A stretch of DNA of 63,243 nt, the filler included, from Calcarisporiella thermophila CBS 279.70 (lineage: Eukaryota > Fungi > Calcarisporiellomycota): the NCBI RefSeq assembly GCF_041956535.1. It is 9 parts of 9 records of this genome, joined end to end, with 100 filler letters (N's around TTAATTAATTAA, not from the genome) between each part and the next. Parts side by side here need not be neighbours in the genome. Positions count along the whole stretch, not along the records: positions 12,934 to 15,813 come from NW_027192198.1; positions 15,914 to 21,472 come from NW_027192224.1; positions 21,573 to 42,983 come from NW_027192210.1; 6 more parts are not named here. One strand, written 5' to 3'. The position numbers and the translations under genes were made by a program. The notes under the pieces were generated by a model. That model did not search any database. It was not told where the DNA came from and saw nothing but the letters and a program-made list of their open reading frames with translations. Shown here one piece after another: positions 13,495 to 24,646 of this stretch (positions are counted from its first letter, which is position 1; each line of letters opens with the position of its first letter).

Positions 13495-14517
13495 TTTTTT
13501 TTATCAAAGTTAAGTCTTTATTGTTTAAGAAGACTCTAAAGTACAATGCTTACATTATTGAAAATAATAAGATGAAAAGAAAGCTAAAGATTAAGGCGGT
13601 AATGTAGATAGGATAAACTGATTATAACGATTTTCAACTCAAATAGGTAGATGAATAGTAAATCGCAGCTAACTGAGGATATCAGAGGATATTGTGACAA
13701 TTGAGATGGAGATTGAAAGAGAAAGAAAAGGAGTAGAAGTAGGGGCTGCTCTGTCATTTCAGTACTAGAACCGCTCTAGTATCACCTTCTTTAACCGCTC
13801 CCAATTTGCACCACCTGTTTCGAAACTGTTCGATATGTTGCTTTTTTCGTACTCTTATTAGTTCGGCTCCTAGAGCCTCCTCAATATTCAGTCTGGCCCG
13901 GTTGATGATAGTTTCGGTGAGGCGCGGGTGCTCTCTAAATGGAAAGCAATACGTTCCCGATGGATTTGCCACAGTACCGAGTCGAAGGTGATTTGAACTA
14001 CGTGTCTTGCTGTTCGCGAGGATTCAGATAGGTCTCCTAAAATGAGGCTGCGAGCAGTCAGTACCTGAGAATTCTGGGGGCCTGTGATGGTGGCAATACA
14101 CCTTCCGCCCACTACCACACTGGTGTGCGTTCGGGACATTCGAAAAAGGTCTGACGAAATGTGTCCCTCGAATTGTTACAGCGTGTACACTTCGGATCAT
14201 TACCAGAGAATGCCGAGTTAATGATAACTCGCTCTACAAGGATCCACCAACGTAACTGTTGGAGTACGACCAGGCGTGACTGATAATCTGAAATTGTCGG
14301 TATTTTAATTAAACTTGATTTTTACTTGTTTGTGTATAAACCATATTACCTGTTTATGATTTCTTGTTATTCTTAAATAGCTCAGCTATTTTGTCTTTCT
14401 TTTAAGAATGGTGATTAATATACTCTGATTAAAATCCCAACAGTAACGCACGGTGGCTTGGGAGGGTATTTTTTCTCTGCTCAGATGTAACCCGTTTCGA
14501 GGTAGACTGGGGACCAT
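13495..14517 (-). mobile_element. Degenerate LINE 3' end (zf-RVT Cys/His region, C-terminus, 3' UTR, poly-A), interrupted by a solo LTR
   Basis: With the 14257-14442 insert removed, the minus strand reads ALRWWILVER...DPKCTRCNNSRDTFRQTFFECP...VW, then LWQIHRER. The 3' UTR matches 20207-20418. Confidence 0.75.
14257..14442 (+). mobile_element. Solo LTR (TGTTGG...CCAACA family, diverged copy)
   Basis: Termini TGTTGG/CCAACA, 5-bp TSD GTAAC. 5' part similar to 23687 and 24647. Confidence 0.85.
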
Positions 14518-16373
14518 AGTCAAATGATTTTGTTATGGAAGTTACCCTGTCTATTTAGCTGTACGGGATACTCTGCAAGAAAAATGTTTTAAAAATAAAC
14601 AGGTGTCAACCGATTGAAATCATTTACTAGTAAACTCATTTGTAGCTTTAAAATTGGTAAAATATATTACATTAGATTAGATAAATTGAAAGATACAATG
14701 GAACCAGCTTGTTTTGCACTTTGATAATATTCGACCTTAATTCGAGGTCTCACCAATTTGATATTAGAATTACTAAGCGCAAGGAGGCGGCGAGAGATTG
14801 AAATGTTCCGAGGTCGGAGGTGCATGCAGGATATAGCGATAGAAGGGTTGTTAAAGCTGTACTGGTATTGGAAGGATTAATAAAAGCTCCTTTTCAATTA
14901 TTATTCGTTTTTATTTATCCTTTTTTTTTTCGAGAGCTTAATGTCAATTAGTATCCTAGCATTATTTTATTAACTAACAATTACAAGATATTGGATAATA
15001 CACTCATTTACAATATACAGTATACTATTAATAATCAGCCACTAATAATCTAAATAATCTAAATAATCTAAATTTTTTTCCACCTATATAATTCATATGC
15101 TTTATTAGAGTCTTTTCAGCTTTAAATATTCTAATAAACTAAGTATGATAAAATAAAAAAGAGCTGACTATGTCATGATCTGGAGCATATAAAAGACCAG
15201 GATAGCAATCGTAAGAATGCCAACAAGTAATAAGCTGTTGGCTTCGAATACATATTTCCGCCCAACTTGATTCTCGCAATCAAAGGAAGACTAAAAGGAT
15301 TCTAGCCGAAATTGGGGATGTGTATGCGGATCTGGGCTCCTGTTACAATGAAATAGCCTTGAAACTTGAGGAGATACAGAGCGACTAATCCGATAAATAC
15401 AAGCTTTTTATTTTAATTTTTCCTCTAAGGTATTGTGTTTGTAGTATCATAACAACATATGAAACCAAATATTTCCAAAAAGTTGGCTGGTTTCATCACA
15501 GCTATGGACTCCACTTGGATGACAGCTAAGATCACTTATGAGTAGTTGCAGGCGGCCTCTTGACTATGCCATCTGGTCGGGGTACCTTAAAGATGCTTCT
15601 CTTGTTCTAGGCGGCTTTTTACATGAGGTCTACTCTGCCCAATTTGCTCCTCGTGGGTTCTAATATACAATGAACGTGAGTGTTATCCCCATGCTTCTAG
15701 ATACCGCCACCATAATTGTGCCAAATCTTCTCAGTCGAGAATTGATAGGCATGATCAAAGGTTGTAAAAATATGGCTAATTGAGCCCCCAAAAATCTAAT
15801 TTTGAATTAAGAANNNNNNNNNNNNNNNNNNNNNNNNNNNNNNNNNNNNNNNNNNNNTTAATTAATTAANNNNNNNNNNNNNNNNNNNNNNNNNNNNNNN
15901 NNNNNNNNNNNNNAATCCGAATAAGCGGAAGCGTGAACACTCCCATAGTAAAATCCATAAACTCTGCATTCTGTATGGAAACGCGAACACTTCTTTGGTA
16001 CGTACTCCCGTTTGGAGACAGTACATGCATCTATTCCGAAACTGAAAACGGTAAAATACGACCGCTGAGAGCAGATATCTCTCCTGGTGCTGGTATATGC
16101 TGTGGACTCTCACAAATCTATCTTCAGTGAGGAAGATAGTAATATCCCGATAATATTGTGTATGGGAGCCATATAAATCAATTAAAACTCCTCTTCCTAA
16201 GTCTTACTGAATTATCCAGTGAATAAACCCACCAAAGGTTTCTCTAACAGACTGCATTATACTCTTTTTATGAATTTGAAAATATGAGAAGAGTATTCGC
16301 GAAAGTTATATAGTACACAGATAAAAAATTAAGTTTACTAATAATGAAAAATAAAACTAATGGGTTATTGATA

Positions 16374-16618
16374 GTTTCATGACCAGTTAATTTTCATTTT
16401 GCTAGACTTGCGGGAGCTCTTTTTTTTTTGCTATTCAAGGCAACCCAACTGGTTGGCAGTGTCATTAATATGGGTTATATCTGTGCCAGAGTGTTTGACT
16501 CAATAAGGCAGAGTTCTCTGTTATTTTGGAAGTCAAAGAAGAGTCGGAAGTGGAGGTATTGGGGGAATGGGTTCAATACGTGATAAATTCGAAGTACTAT
16601 ATGCTCGCAGACTTCTAA
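16374..16618 (+). pseudogene. Paralogue 1 of unknown gene family (last exon only, frameshifted)
   Basis: FHDQLIFILLDLRELF / LLFKATQLVGSVINMGYICARV / VILEVKEESEVEVLGEWVQYVI aligns with the last exons at 19251-19476 and 20621-20853. Confidence 0.7.
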
Positions 16619-16721
16619 TTTAGTCTTTATTGAATATTTCAACAGCGTTCAGTTAATTCTATACATCTACTCTTTCATAGAGTTAAATTACTAATATATT
16701 CTAATCTAATTTCATATATGA

Positions 16722-17087
16722 TCAAATGCCAGGTATTAAAGGCATGTCCCCGCCACGAACAAATTGAGTGAAGTCCATAAAATCAGCATCTTGAACCGAT
16801 ACGCGAATACTTATTAAATGTGGGCTTCCGTTGGGAGAATGGCCGTTCATCCATGGTAACTCTCGTATAGTACGAAGTACCAACAACACGTGTAAAAGCA
16901 TGCACCCACTTTGATGTCGATAAACGCTTTGCTGGATTCGAACATATCCAGCTTCAGAGAGGATGGCAGAAATTTCGGTATAATACCTTGTGTGATTTCC
17001 GAAGAACTCTATCAAAGCCCTACGCCCTAAATCGTATTTAATAATCCAGTGACCTACTCTCAATTGACCTTCTCTAACAGCTTCCAT
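16722..17087 (-). CDS. VapD/Cas2-like endoribonuclease (121 aa, intronless)
   Basis: IIKYDL (beta1 with Asp19), YTEISAILSEAGYVRIQQSVY (VapD Y.DI...L...GF.R.QGS.Y), LPWM, ISIRV and MDFTQFVR (VapD DFT..IK) appear in the VapD order and spacing. A-rich context before the ATG. Confidence 0.8.
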   Translation of the reverse strand: MEAVREGQLRVGHWIIKYDLGRRALIEFFGNHTRYYTEISAILSEAGYVRIQQSVYRHQSGCMLLHVLLVLRTIRELPWMNGHSPNGSPHLISIRVSVQDADFMDFTQFVRGGDMPLIPGI

Positions 17088-17329
17088 TTTATTTTTTTAG
17101 TAAACTTGAAAAAAAAATTAAGAGTGAAATATTTGAGCGAGATAAATGCTACCTCTAGATCAGTTTGAGGACTGAATATAAAGTATCTCTGTAAAGTTTT
17201 GGGGCAACTCAATATTTTTTAATTTTGCCTATATATCTCTTTACAATCAACGCCGGTATAAAAAAACAATTAAATTTTATTTGAAAAATCCACTTACGCT
17301 ATTGTCATTGCATATACTGTACAAATGAA

Positions 17330-17665
17330 TATTCTTTGTTAGCTCTTTACAAGTGAAATATTGATAAATATCGTAAATTTCCTTTAATCTAGATATAGAG
17401 ATTTTACAAATTATGGTGCCAAATTTTACTCTTTTCTTTACAAGGACATTATGATGAATACTCAAAAATTTGTATAGATAAAATGCTCTCCAATTGTCAT
17501 TTAGTATATCCTCCCTTTACCTTTACAACGGTTTGGATCTGTTCTAGCATCCTGCTGATCAGCTTCATACAATCCTCCTCCCTGAGTGACTCCAACACAA
17601 TATTCACCTTGTACCACAGATCACTCTAGCTCACTATCTTCGGGAATCTGCATCTCAGATGTCTG
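17330..17665 (-). mobile_element. Tc1/mariner transposase C-terminal remnant
   Basis: Reverse-complement homologue of 31565-31890 (..ERIQTV.KAKGGYTK and downstream flank). Confidence 0.8.
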
Positions 17666-18019
17666 CGCTTGTTCGTTAGTTGTATATGGTGCCCATGCAG
17701 TTGTCCATTACGCTTCTTTCAGAACCACTCTCGCCTTTCATTCCCAAAGATGAGTATTTGACACTCGTGAGAAAAAATGACACTATCCAAACTTCTACGG
17801 TTCAATTACTGTATTTCTTTGCAAATGCCAGTTTACTAAGACGATGTTTTTCGATCGAAAGTGTTTTTTCCCCTTGGCCCTTGCTAACAAATAATTACGA
17901 TGGAGTGTTTCACGTACAATTGTCACAGAAATAACCTCCTTAGCTGTCACGCTTCAAAGTTCTTATGCCTTGAATGCGTTCTTACACTCTCCTGTTGCAG
18001 TGCTTCTACATAATCTATT

Positions 18020-18285
18020 TTCACTATGATTGGAATATTTGAGTGGCCAGCCCATTTTCTTTATTGAAAGATTCTTCATTCTGGAGTATTCTTTATCCTA
18101 AGACCACTTTGACGCCGGTAAACGTTTTGCCGGATTCGTTCGAATCCGGTTTCAGAAAGAATGCTTTGCGATCTTGTAATAGAAACGAGTGTAATTGCAA
18201 TAAGAATTATCACGGCTTTCCGCCCTAATTCATACTTTACAATCAAATGCCTTACTGTAGTAAGACCTTCACTAACAGCTTGCAC
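18020..18285 (-). pseudogene. Degenerate second copy of the VapD/Cas2-like gene
   Basis: VQAVSEGLTTVRHLIVKYELGRKA...ILSETGFERIRQNVYRRQSG aligns to 16722-17087. ATG>GTG, YDL>YEL, compensating frameshifts (NYTRFYYKI in the other frame) and an early stop. Upstream 18305-18348 matches 17108-17155. Confidence 0.8.
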
Positions 18286-18500
18286 TGTTTTTTGTCTGTG
18301 AATTAAAAAAAGCAAGAGCAAAATATTTGAGAGAGATAAATGCCACCTACCCTCTTAGTTGAATATATACTATTCGATTTTCGGGTAATCAACCAACTAG
18401 GTTAGGTTTGAGAAAATGAAAAAACTGATATATTTGTGAGGATGAGTCGACATTTCAAGTTTTCCAAAGCTTCTCCGGTAAACTGTATAAAGTGAACATA

Positions 18501-19476
18501 ATGTCGAATGAAGATACCTCTCTGACCATCAAGTATCTAACCGACCGTAAGTTATAGTGGTTTTAGTAGTTTATTTTCCTTATACCTCACTTACGCCTAT
18601 TTTTTATCATTTGCTATATTTTCATAAAAAAGAATTAAACAACTTGGTCAAGGAGAGCGAAGAAAATTCTCGCATGTACTACAAGTGCTTGACTACTAAT
18701 ATATACGGAAAAGAGTATCTTGATCCCGCTAAATGCGAAGCTAACAATTTCGATCCAATAAAGTAAGGAGATTAGCAATGCTATTCATAATATACTAACG
18801 TATTCTAAAATAGGGCATGTAATGAGGAAGATATGAGGTACAAACTACTTTCGGAATATTGCGACGGTATCCGAAATTTGGTTGGTTGGCGTGAAACGAT
18901 TAACATTATATTTTCAGTAATGTAAGAAAAGTTATCTTAAATGGCTGTTAAATGGGAAGAGAAGTCATTTTGTATTTTAGCCCGGAGAAATATAAGAAAA
19001 AGCAAACGGGGCGCTCATTAGAAATACTCCATATTCCGGATACAGCTCATATGCGCGTTGAAAAGCGATCGAGAAATGTGAGAGATTTGGAATTGATTTT
19101 GAATGCTGTATGTGCTTGCTCTGAAACGCAATTTCATACAGAAAATACTTTCCTCGGTCTCCAAGGCTGCCCAGCGTATTATTCCAAGAAAGAACCAAAA
19201 GCACACTGGAAAGCAACCGAGTAGCGTAATGCATTGAAAACTGATTTTAGGTGTCATGAAGTACTGAATTACTCTTTAATACGCTTGCAGGAGTCTCTGT
19301 TTAGTAAGGCTTATCAACTCATCGGCCATGAGGTTACCATCGGCGATAGCTATGCAAAGGTGATTGCCGTCAAAGCGACAGAGGATTCTGTCACTTTGGA
19401 GGTTAAAGAGGAGGTGGAAGAAGGCATCTGGGACCAATATGAGATTGAATATGATACTATTATGAAACCACGCTGA
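18501..19476 (+). CDS. Paralogue 2: apparently intact 5-exon gene of unknown function (about 235-250 aa) with a C-terminal small beta-rich domain
   Basis: Phase-compatible exons 18501-18546, 18633-18762, 18814-18921, 18981 to about 19175 (or 19220) and 19251-19476. GTAAG donors for introns 1-3 and a TACTAAC branch site in intron 2. Ends LIGHEVTIGDSYAKVIAVKATEDSVTLEVKEEVEEGIWDQYEIEYDTIMKPR. Confidence 0.65.
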
Positions 19477-20124
19477 ACCGCCTATGAGCAAGCTCAGGTT
19501 ACCCATTGGTATATACAGCGAATACAATACTTGCTAACGCAATGCTAAGCGAGAAAACAAATGCATCCGCCTTCTCTATATATACAGAGAGCATGGGTGA
19601 ATCACACTAGGAAATTTTTTTTTTTCTAAATTTGTGATCATACGAGTTCGGATTCTATGTCAATTGAGTTTTATTTTGCTACTTAGTTTAAGGCGACTTG
19701 TATTTTTGCGCAATGCATTCCCTGTGTTTCTGAAATAATCAAAGTTGAATGGCTCGTCTTTCTTTAGGTTGAGTCCTCTCGAAGGCCTGATATAATGGTT
19801 AGTGGATAAAAAGCTAAATGCCGTGCTAAACGGCCATTTTCTTTGTCGATCAGCGAGAATGTTATCATAGTGGAATATCCCTTACTATTACAAGGAGTTA
19901 ATGCCACAATGCGGGTCGACAGTAAGCTCGAGCTAGAAAAGAGTGAAGGATGACGCGGAGTTTTTTTAAGAGTTAAAATTCAATAAAAGTCTCTGCTCTA
20001 GGCAAAATGGAACCGCGTTTCAAACCCTGGCGATACCTATGTCAAGGTGATTACTGCCGAGATGTCAGAGAAATCGTTAGGAGAGTAAAAAATCGGCTCG
20101 AGTATATTATGAGTGCATGTGCAC

Positions 20125-20853
20125 TGACAAATATGGGCAAACGTATCTCGATCGGGAAAATGGCTAGGCTAACAAATTCGATCCGATAAACGTAAGGTGG
20201 CTAATGTTTTTTTTTTGATCAAAAGTGAGTTTTTATTGTTTAAGAAGACTCTAAAGTGCAATTGTTACATTATTAAAAGTAATAAAATGAGAGAAAAGCT
20301 AGATTTTAACGCGGCATTGCAATTCGGGGTAAGTTGATCATAACAAATTTTCTCCTCAAATGGGTAGATGAGTAATAAAACTCATCTAACTTTGGGTATT
20401 AGGGGACGACTTGATAAATAAGGTGGCTGATGGTGTGTGATGCGTACGACTATATGCTGATGTATTTCATAGTAGATTCACTAGCGATCAAGTAATGAGG
20501 ATCAAAATTGCTATTAGGTATTGCGGCGATATTAGTGATATGCTTGATTGACGCGAAGATAATCAAGTGATTCCGTCTAATATGTAGTCAAGAAGCATGA
20601 CACATCTAAACTCGATTTTAGATGCTATAATCAGTTGAGTTTTATATGGTTACTCTTACAGGATCTCTTTATTTTGCTCTGGAAGGCAACTCGACTTGTT
20701 GACAGTGAGATCGGCATTAGTGATACCTATGCAAAGGTGATTGCTGTTAAAATGACAGATTTAGTTGATGTTTTGGAAGTCAAAGAAGAGGTAGAGGAGG
20801 GCATATGGGACAAATATGTAATCGATTGCAATTCTAATATGAAGCCGCGCTGA
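20125..20853 (+). pseudogene. Paralogue 3 of unknown gene family, disrupted
   Basis: Remnants YLDRENG*ANKFDPIN (exon 2), YCGDISDMLD*RED (exon 3) and last exon ...TYAKVIAVKMTDLVDVLEVKEEVEEGIWDKYVIDCNSNMKPR. Internal stops and a LINE tail in an intron. Confidence 0.75.
20207..20418 (-). mobile_element. 5'-truncated LINE 3' UTR insertion
   Basis: Poly-T at 20207-20216, similarity to 13495-13690, and a 14-bp TSD TAAGGTGGCT(A/G)ATG at 20193-20206 and 20419-20432. Confidence 0.85.
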
Positions 20854-21312
20854 GCTTCTTTGAGCAAGTTCAGTTTTTCATCATATTTGTAAACAGCGAA
20901 TGCAATACTTGCAATCAATAGGCTAAAAAGGAAAATAAACCCATCGGTACTTTCTATCGCATACATCGAGCATGTATAAATAACACTTGGGAATTATCTA
21001 GATTCGTTATCATGTTGACCCAGGATGGATTGTTGAATATTTTGGCCTAAATATCCCAGTGATGTGCCATTGTTTAATAAAGAGATAGGGGAAACTGTGA
21101 GTAATATAGCTAATAGTCACTAGCAATTTATCAAATATTAAGCTAGATATGTGTTGTTATGCATTAAATCAGCTATGTTTTATTATGTGCACTTTATTTG
21201 CCAATTTAGCTGCAGTAAAATATTTCATGAAGCCACATCAGTTAGAATTAAGAATTTGAAGTAGGTTGGTATTATGATCCAAATGAAGTACAGCCGACGT
21301 ATTCTATAATAG

Positions 21313-21419
21313 AGCTTGTAATGACCAAGTTACGAGGATGAAGCTAATAGCCAAGTATTGCAGCGATATTAATAGGATGAATGATTGGCGTGAAGCAGAC
21401 AGATTGATGTTATCACTTA
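21313..21419 (+). CDS. Paralogue 4 of unknown gene family (exon-3 homologue; remainder lost in gap)
   Basis: AG-flanked exon ACNDQVTRMKLIAKYCSDINRMNDWREADRLMLSL, with near-identical length and the same phase-2 boundaries as ACNEEDMRYKLLSEYCDGIRNLVGWRETINIIFSV of paralogue 2. Confidence 0.7.
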
Positions 21420-21591
21420 TGTAGGTAGGCAATATCTCATATATTATTGATATATGGAGGGTGGAGTGCCCCNNNNNNNNNNNNNNNNNNNNNNNNNNNN
21501 NNNNNNNNNNNNNNNNTTAATTAATTAANNNNNNNNNNNNNNNNNNNNNNNNNNNNNNNNNNNNNNNNNNNNTAAGAATTATTCAATTGTC

Positions 21592-23678
21592 ATGCTGGTT
21601 AAGTTGAGAACAAAGAGCATATCGGATTACACTATGCGGTATACTGATAGGAACCATATGAGGATTACTTTCACTTTTATCTCCATTGGGGCACTCATAT
21701 GTCTTTGCTTTATTCGAGCTTGCACTCTTACTAGCCCTAATGTCAATCCCAATAACATGCTCTGCACTATTGGCACAAAAGGCAGTGCTCTGTTTGTTTT
21801 AATCCGTCAGATCCACCATATGTCGCTAGCCGTTTCTGTCCCATTGTTCGCAAATGTCCATATGATTAGTTTGAGATGGATATTAGTCATTGTGGTCCTT
21901 TTATGTGGCTCCTGTTCATCATTATTGCCGCTTTTTACCTCGCTAAAGATGGGAGATATCGGTAAATCACTGCTTTTAAGGTAACAATCGGCGTAGATGT
22001 TCAGCTTTATTTCAATTCACCGCCATTATGACAAATATTGACTGAAAGTATTATTTCTCACTTCACTAATTTATTTAATGTTTCTCTCCTCTTTATAAAT
22101 AGGTTTAAAGACAACAATAAGCGATTAAATAAACTGTATCATCAGCCTAATAAGCATATAGCAACAATGCACACTACTGTCACTGTAGAAACGGATACAA
22201 ATAATGCAACAAATAGGGGGAGCATATTAATTCCAAATACAACAGATAATCTAACTGGAACAAGGCTGGAGTCAATTGAAGAATTCCATAAAACCCTGAA
22301 AGACAACTCATTTGGGGCCAAGATGCTGAGCAACGAAGAGATTCTTTTGCTACTACAACACAAGAAAATCTCACCCTATGCGCTTGAAAATGTCCTTAAA
22401 GATTGCACGCGAGCTGTTCAAATAAGGCGATCTCTCGTCTCTCGACAAGCTATAAAAAGGAAATTTGAGATAGACGCATTACCAATGCACAACTATGATT
22501 ATACTAGAATATTAGGTGCATGCTGCGAAAATGTGATAGGATATGTACCTATTCCAGTGGGGGTAGCCGGTCCATTGCAAATCGATGGTGAGATGATCCA
22601 GATACCAATGGCAACTACGGAAGGTGTCTTGGTGGCTTCGACGGCACGCGGCTGTAAAGTCCTCAACATGAATGGAGGGGTTTCCACGATTCTGTTAAAA
22701 GATGGAATGTCCCGCGGGCCTGTGGTAGAGTTTCCAAGCATTGCACTTGCTGCAGAAGCGAAAGAGTGGCTTGAGAAGGAAGGGAGATCTTGGGCGGCGG
22801 AAATCTTCAATTCAACTAGCAGATATGCAAGGCTAAAGGATTTGAAAGTTGGGCTGGCGGGTCGATTAGTGTTCATCCGGTTTACTGCAACAACTGGTGA
22901 CGCAATGGGGATGAACATGATGTCTAAGGGGTGCGAGAGAATAATGGCAACATTGCAGGAAAAATTCCCAAGTATGCGTGTCATTTCTCTTTCAGGAAAT
23001 TATTGCACGGATAAGAAACCTGCGGCAATCAACTGGATTGAAGGACGGGGAAAATCAGTAGTAGCGGAAGCAGTGATCCCTGAGGAGATAGTCCGCACAG
23101 TGCTCAAAACCAGCGTAGATACACTGGTGGAATTGAACACGAGTAAAAATTTGACTGGCTCGGCAATGGCAGGTTCAATTGGCGGGTTTAATGCCCATGT
23201 GGCTAATATTTTAACTGCAATATTCATTGCGACCGGGCAGGATCCAGCACAGAATGTAGAGAGTTCTAACTGCATTACCTTGATGAAAGGGTAAGTAATC
23301 AATTTATATTCCGCTTGCAAAACTTTAGACAAATATAAAATCTCTTACTATAGGTTAAACAATAATCGCGAGCTCTACATGTCCTGCACAATGAATTCTA
23401 TCGAAGTTGGTACCATCGGAGGAGGAACAAATCTTCCGGCCCAGTCAACAATGCTTGACATGCTGGGTGTACTAGGTCCTCACCCAACTCAACCGGGTGC
23501 AAATTCACAGCGTCTAGCTCGAATTATCTGTGCTGCCTGTATGGCTGGCGAGTTGAGCCTTTGCTCAGCATTGGCAGCGGGACAGCTTGTAAAAAGTCAT
23601 TTGAAGCATAATCGATCAAAAAATTCCCCGGTCTCACTACCCACATTGGCAGCAATGGGAAGATGGAGCAAGGTGTAG
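21592..23678 (+). CDS. HMG1: Class I HMG-CoA reductase (5' end possibly in gap)
   Basis: [48 protein letters not shown] and catalytic His in [11 protein letters not shown]. Introns at about 21981-22102 (joins a hydrophobic exon in frame) and 23291-23352. Confidence 0.95.
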
Positions 23679-23686
23679 GTAGTTAT

Positions 23687-23929
23687 TGTTGGAGAACGAC
23701 CAGGCATGATCTAAGTCTGAATAGTTGTTGTGTTACGACAGTTATTTCATACTTTTAAAAATATGTATAAGCAAGTATCTTATCATCATTATTGGTCATC
23801 ATCTCCTATTCTATCATACATATAGGATGTACTTTCTCTCTTTTGAATTCCTTTGGTGTGTGTTATTTGTGTTATCCCTTTTACCTGTCTTCTTTCCTTT
23901 TATTAATATACTTTTAATAAGATCCAACA
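23687..23929 (+). mobile_element. Solo LTR (TGTTGG...CCAACA)
   Basis: 5-bp TSD GTTAT. Near-identical to 24647-24891 and 56889-57131. Confidence 0.9.
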
Positions 23930-24646
23930 GTTATGGATTATGATTTTTTCGGATAGCATCCTGAGAATGATATAAGAATAAAATGAGTAAAGAGCAAATG
24001 AGTAAACAGCAAGAAAATATCTGTAATCACATTGCTTTAGTAGTACTAGCCTTCACAAGATCGTCCAAATGTACTGTTAGCATAACGAAATTTCTCTACA
24101 TTCATTGGCTAATAGCATCCAACTTTAACACATACGACGCCACTTTATTTACTCCACCAGCAAAGTATTAAAGGTGCACTTTATAAAATATTTTTGGCCA
24201 CTTAGCGAACAAAATGACCAAGGGTATAGTGGTTCGAAATTGGGCAGGCTAAAATTAATATAGAAAAACACAGGTGAGGAATCAAAAATTAAAATTAGAA
24301 GTATTATATAGAAAATAATGGAATGATTGGAATTAAAGGTAAGAAGAATAACAAAGATAATAAAGACATAATAAAGACATTCTTTACAAAGATGATAAAC
24401 GTTCTCATACTGATTTACATATTTTACTCAATATTGTATGGATTATCGGTGACTCTGCGTTTGAAGATCGTTCTATGGTATTATCGACTATTGTATATGT
24501 CGTCCTGCTACAAAGGGTGGGAGATAAATAATAAATATACAGTAAGAACATAGACAAATAATAGTTCACTTTCTAATAACAATTCCAAACTATCAACAAT
24601 ATTACTATAATTATTATAGATGTATGAGCAGGAATGTGTTCATGCT

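Noticed and set aside
13754-14139. Novel small genes
   Set aside because: They are frameshifted pieces of a LINE ORF2 C-terminus.
15914-21472. CRISPR-Cas locus around the Cas2-like gene
   Set aside because: No regularly spaced repeat-spacer array and no Cas1 or other cas gene in the window. The motifs fit stand-alone VapD better.
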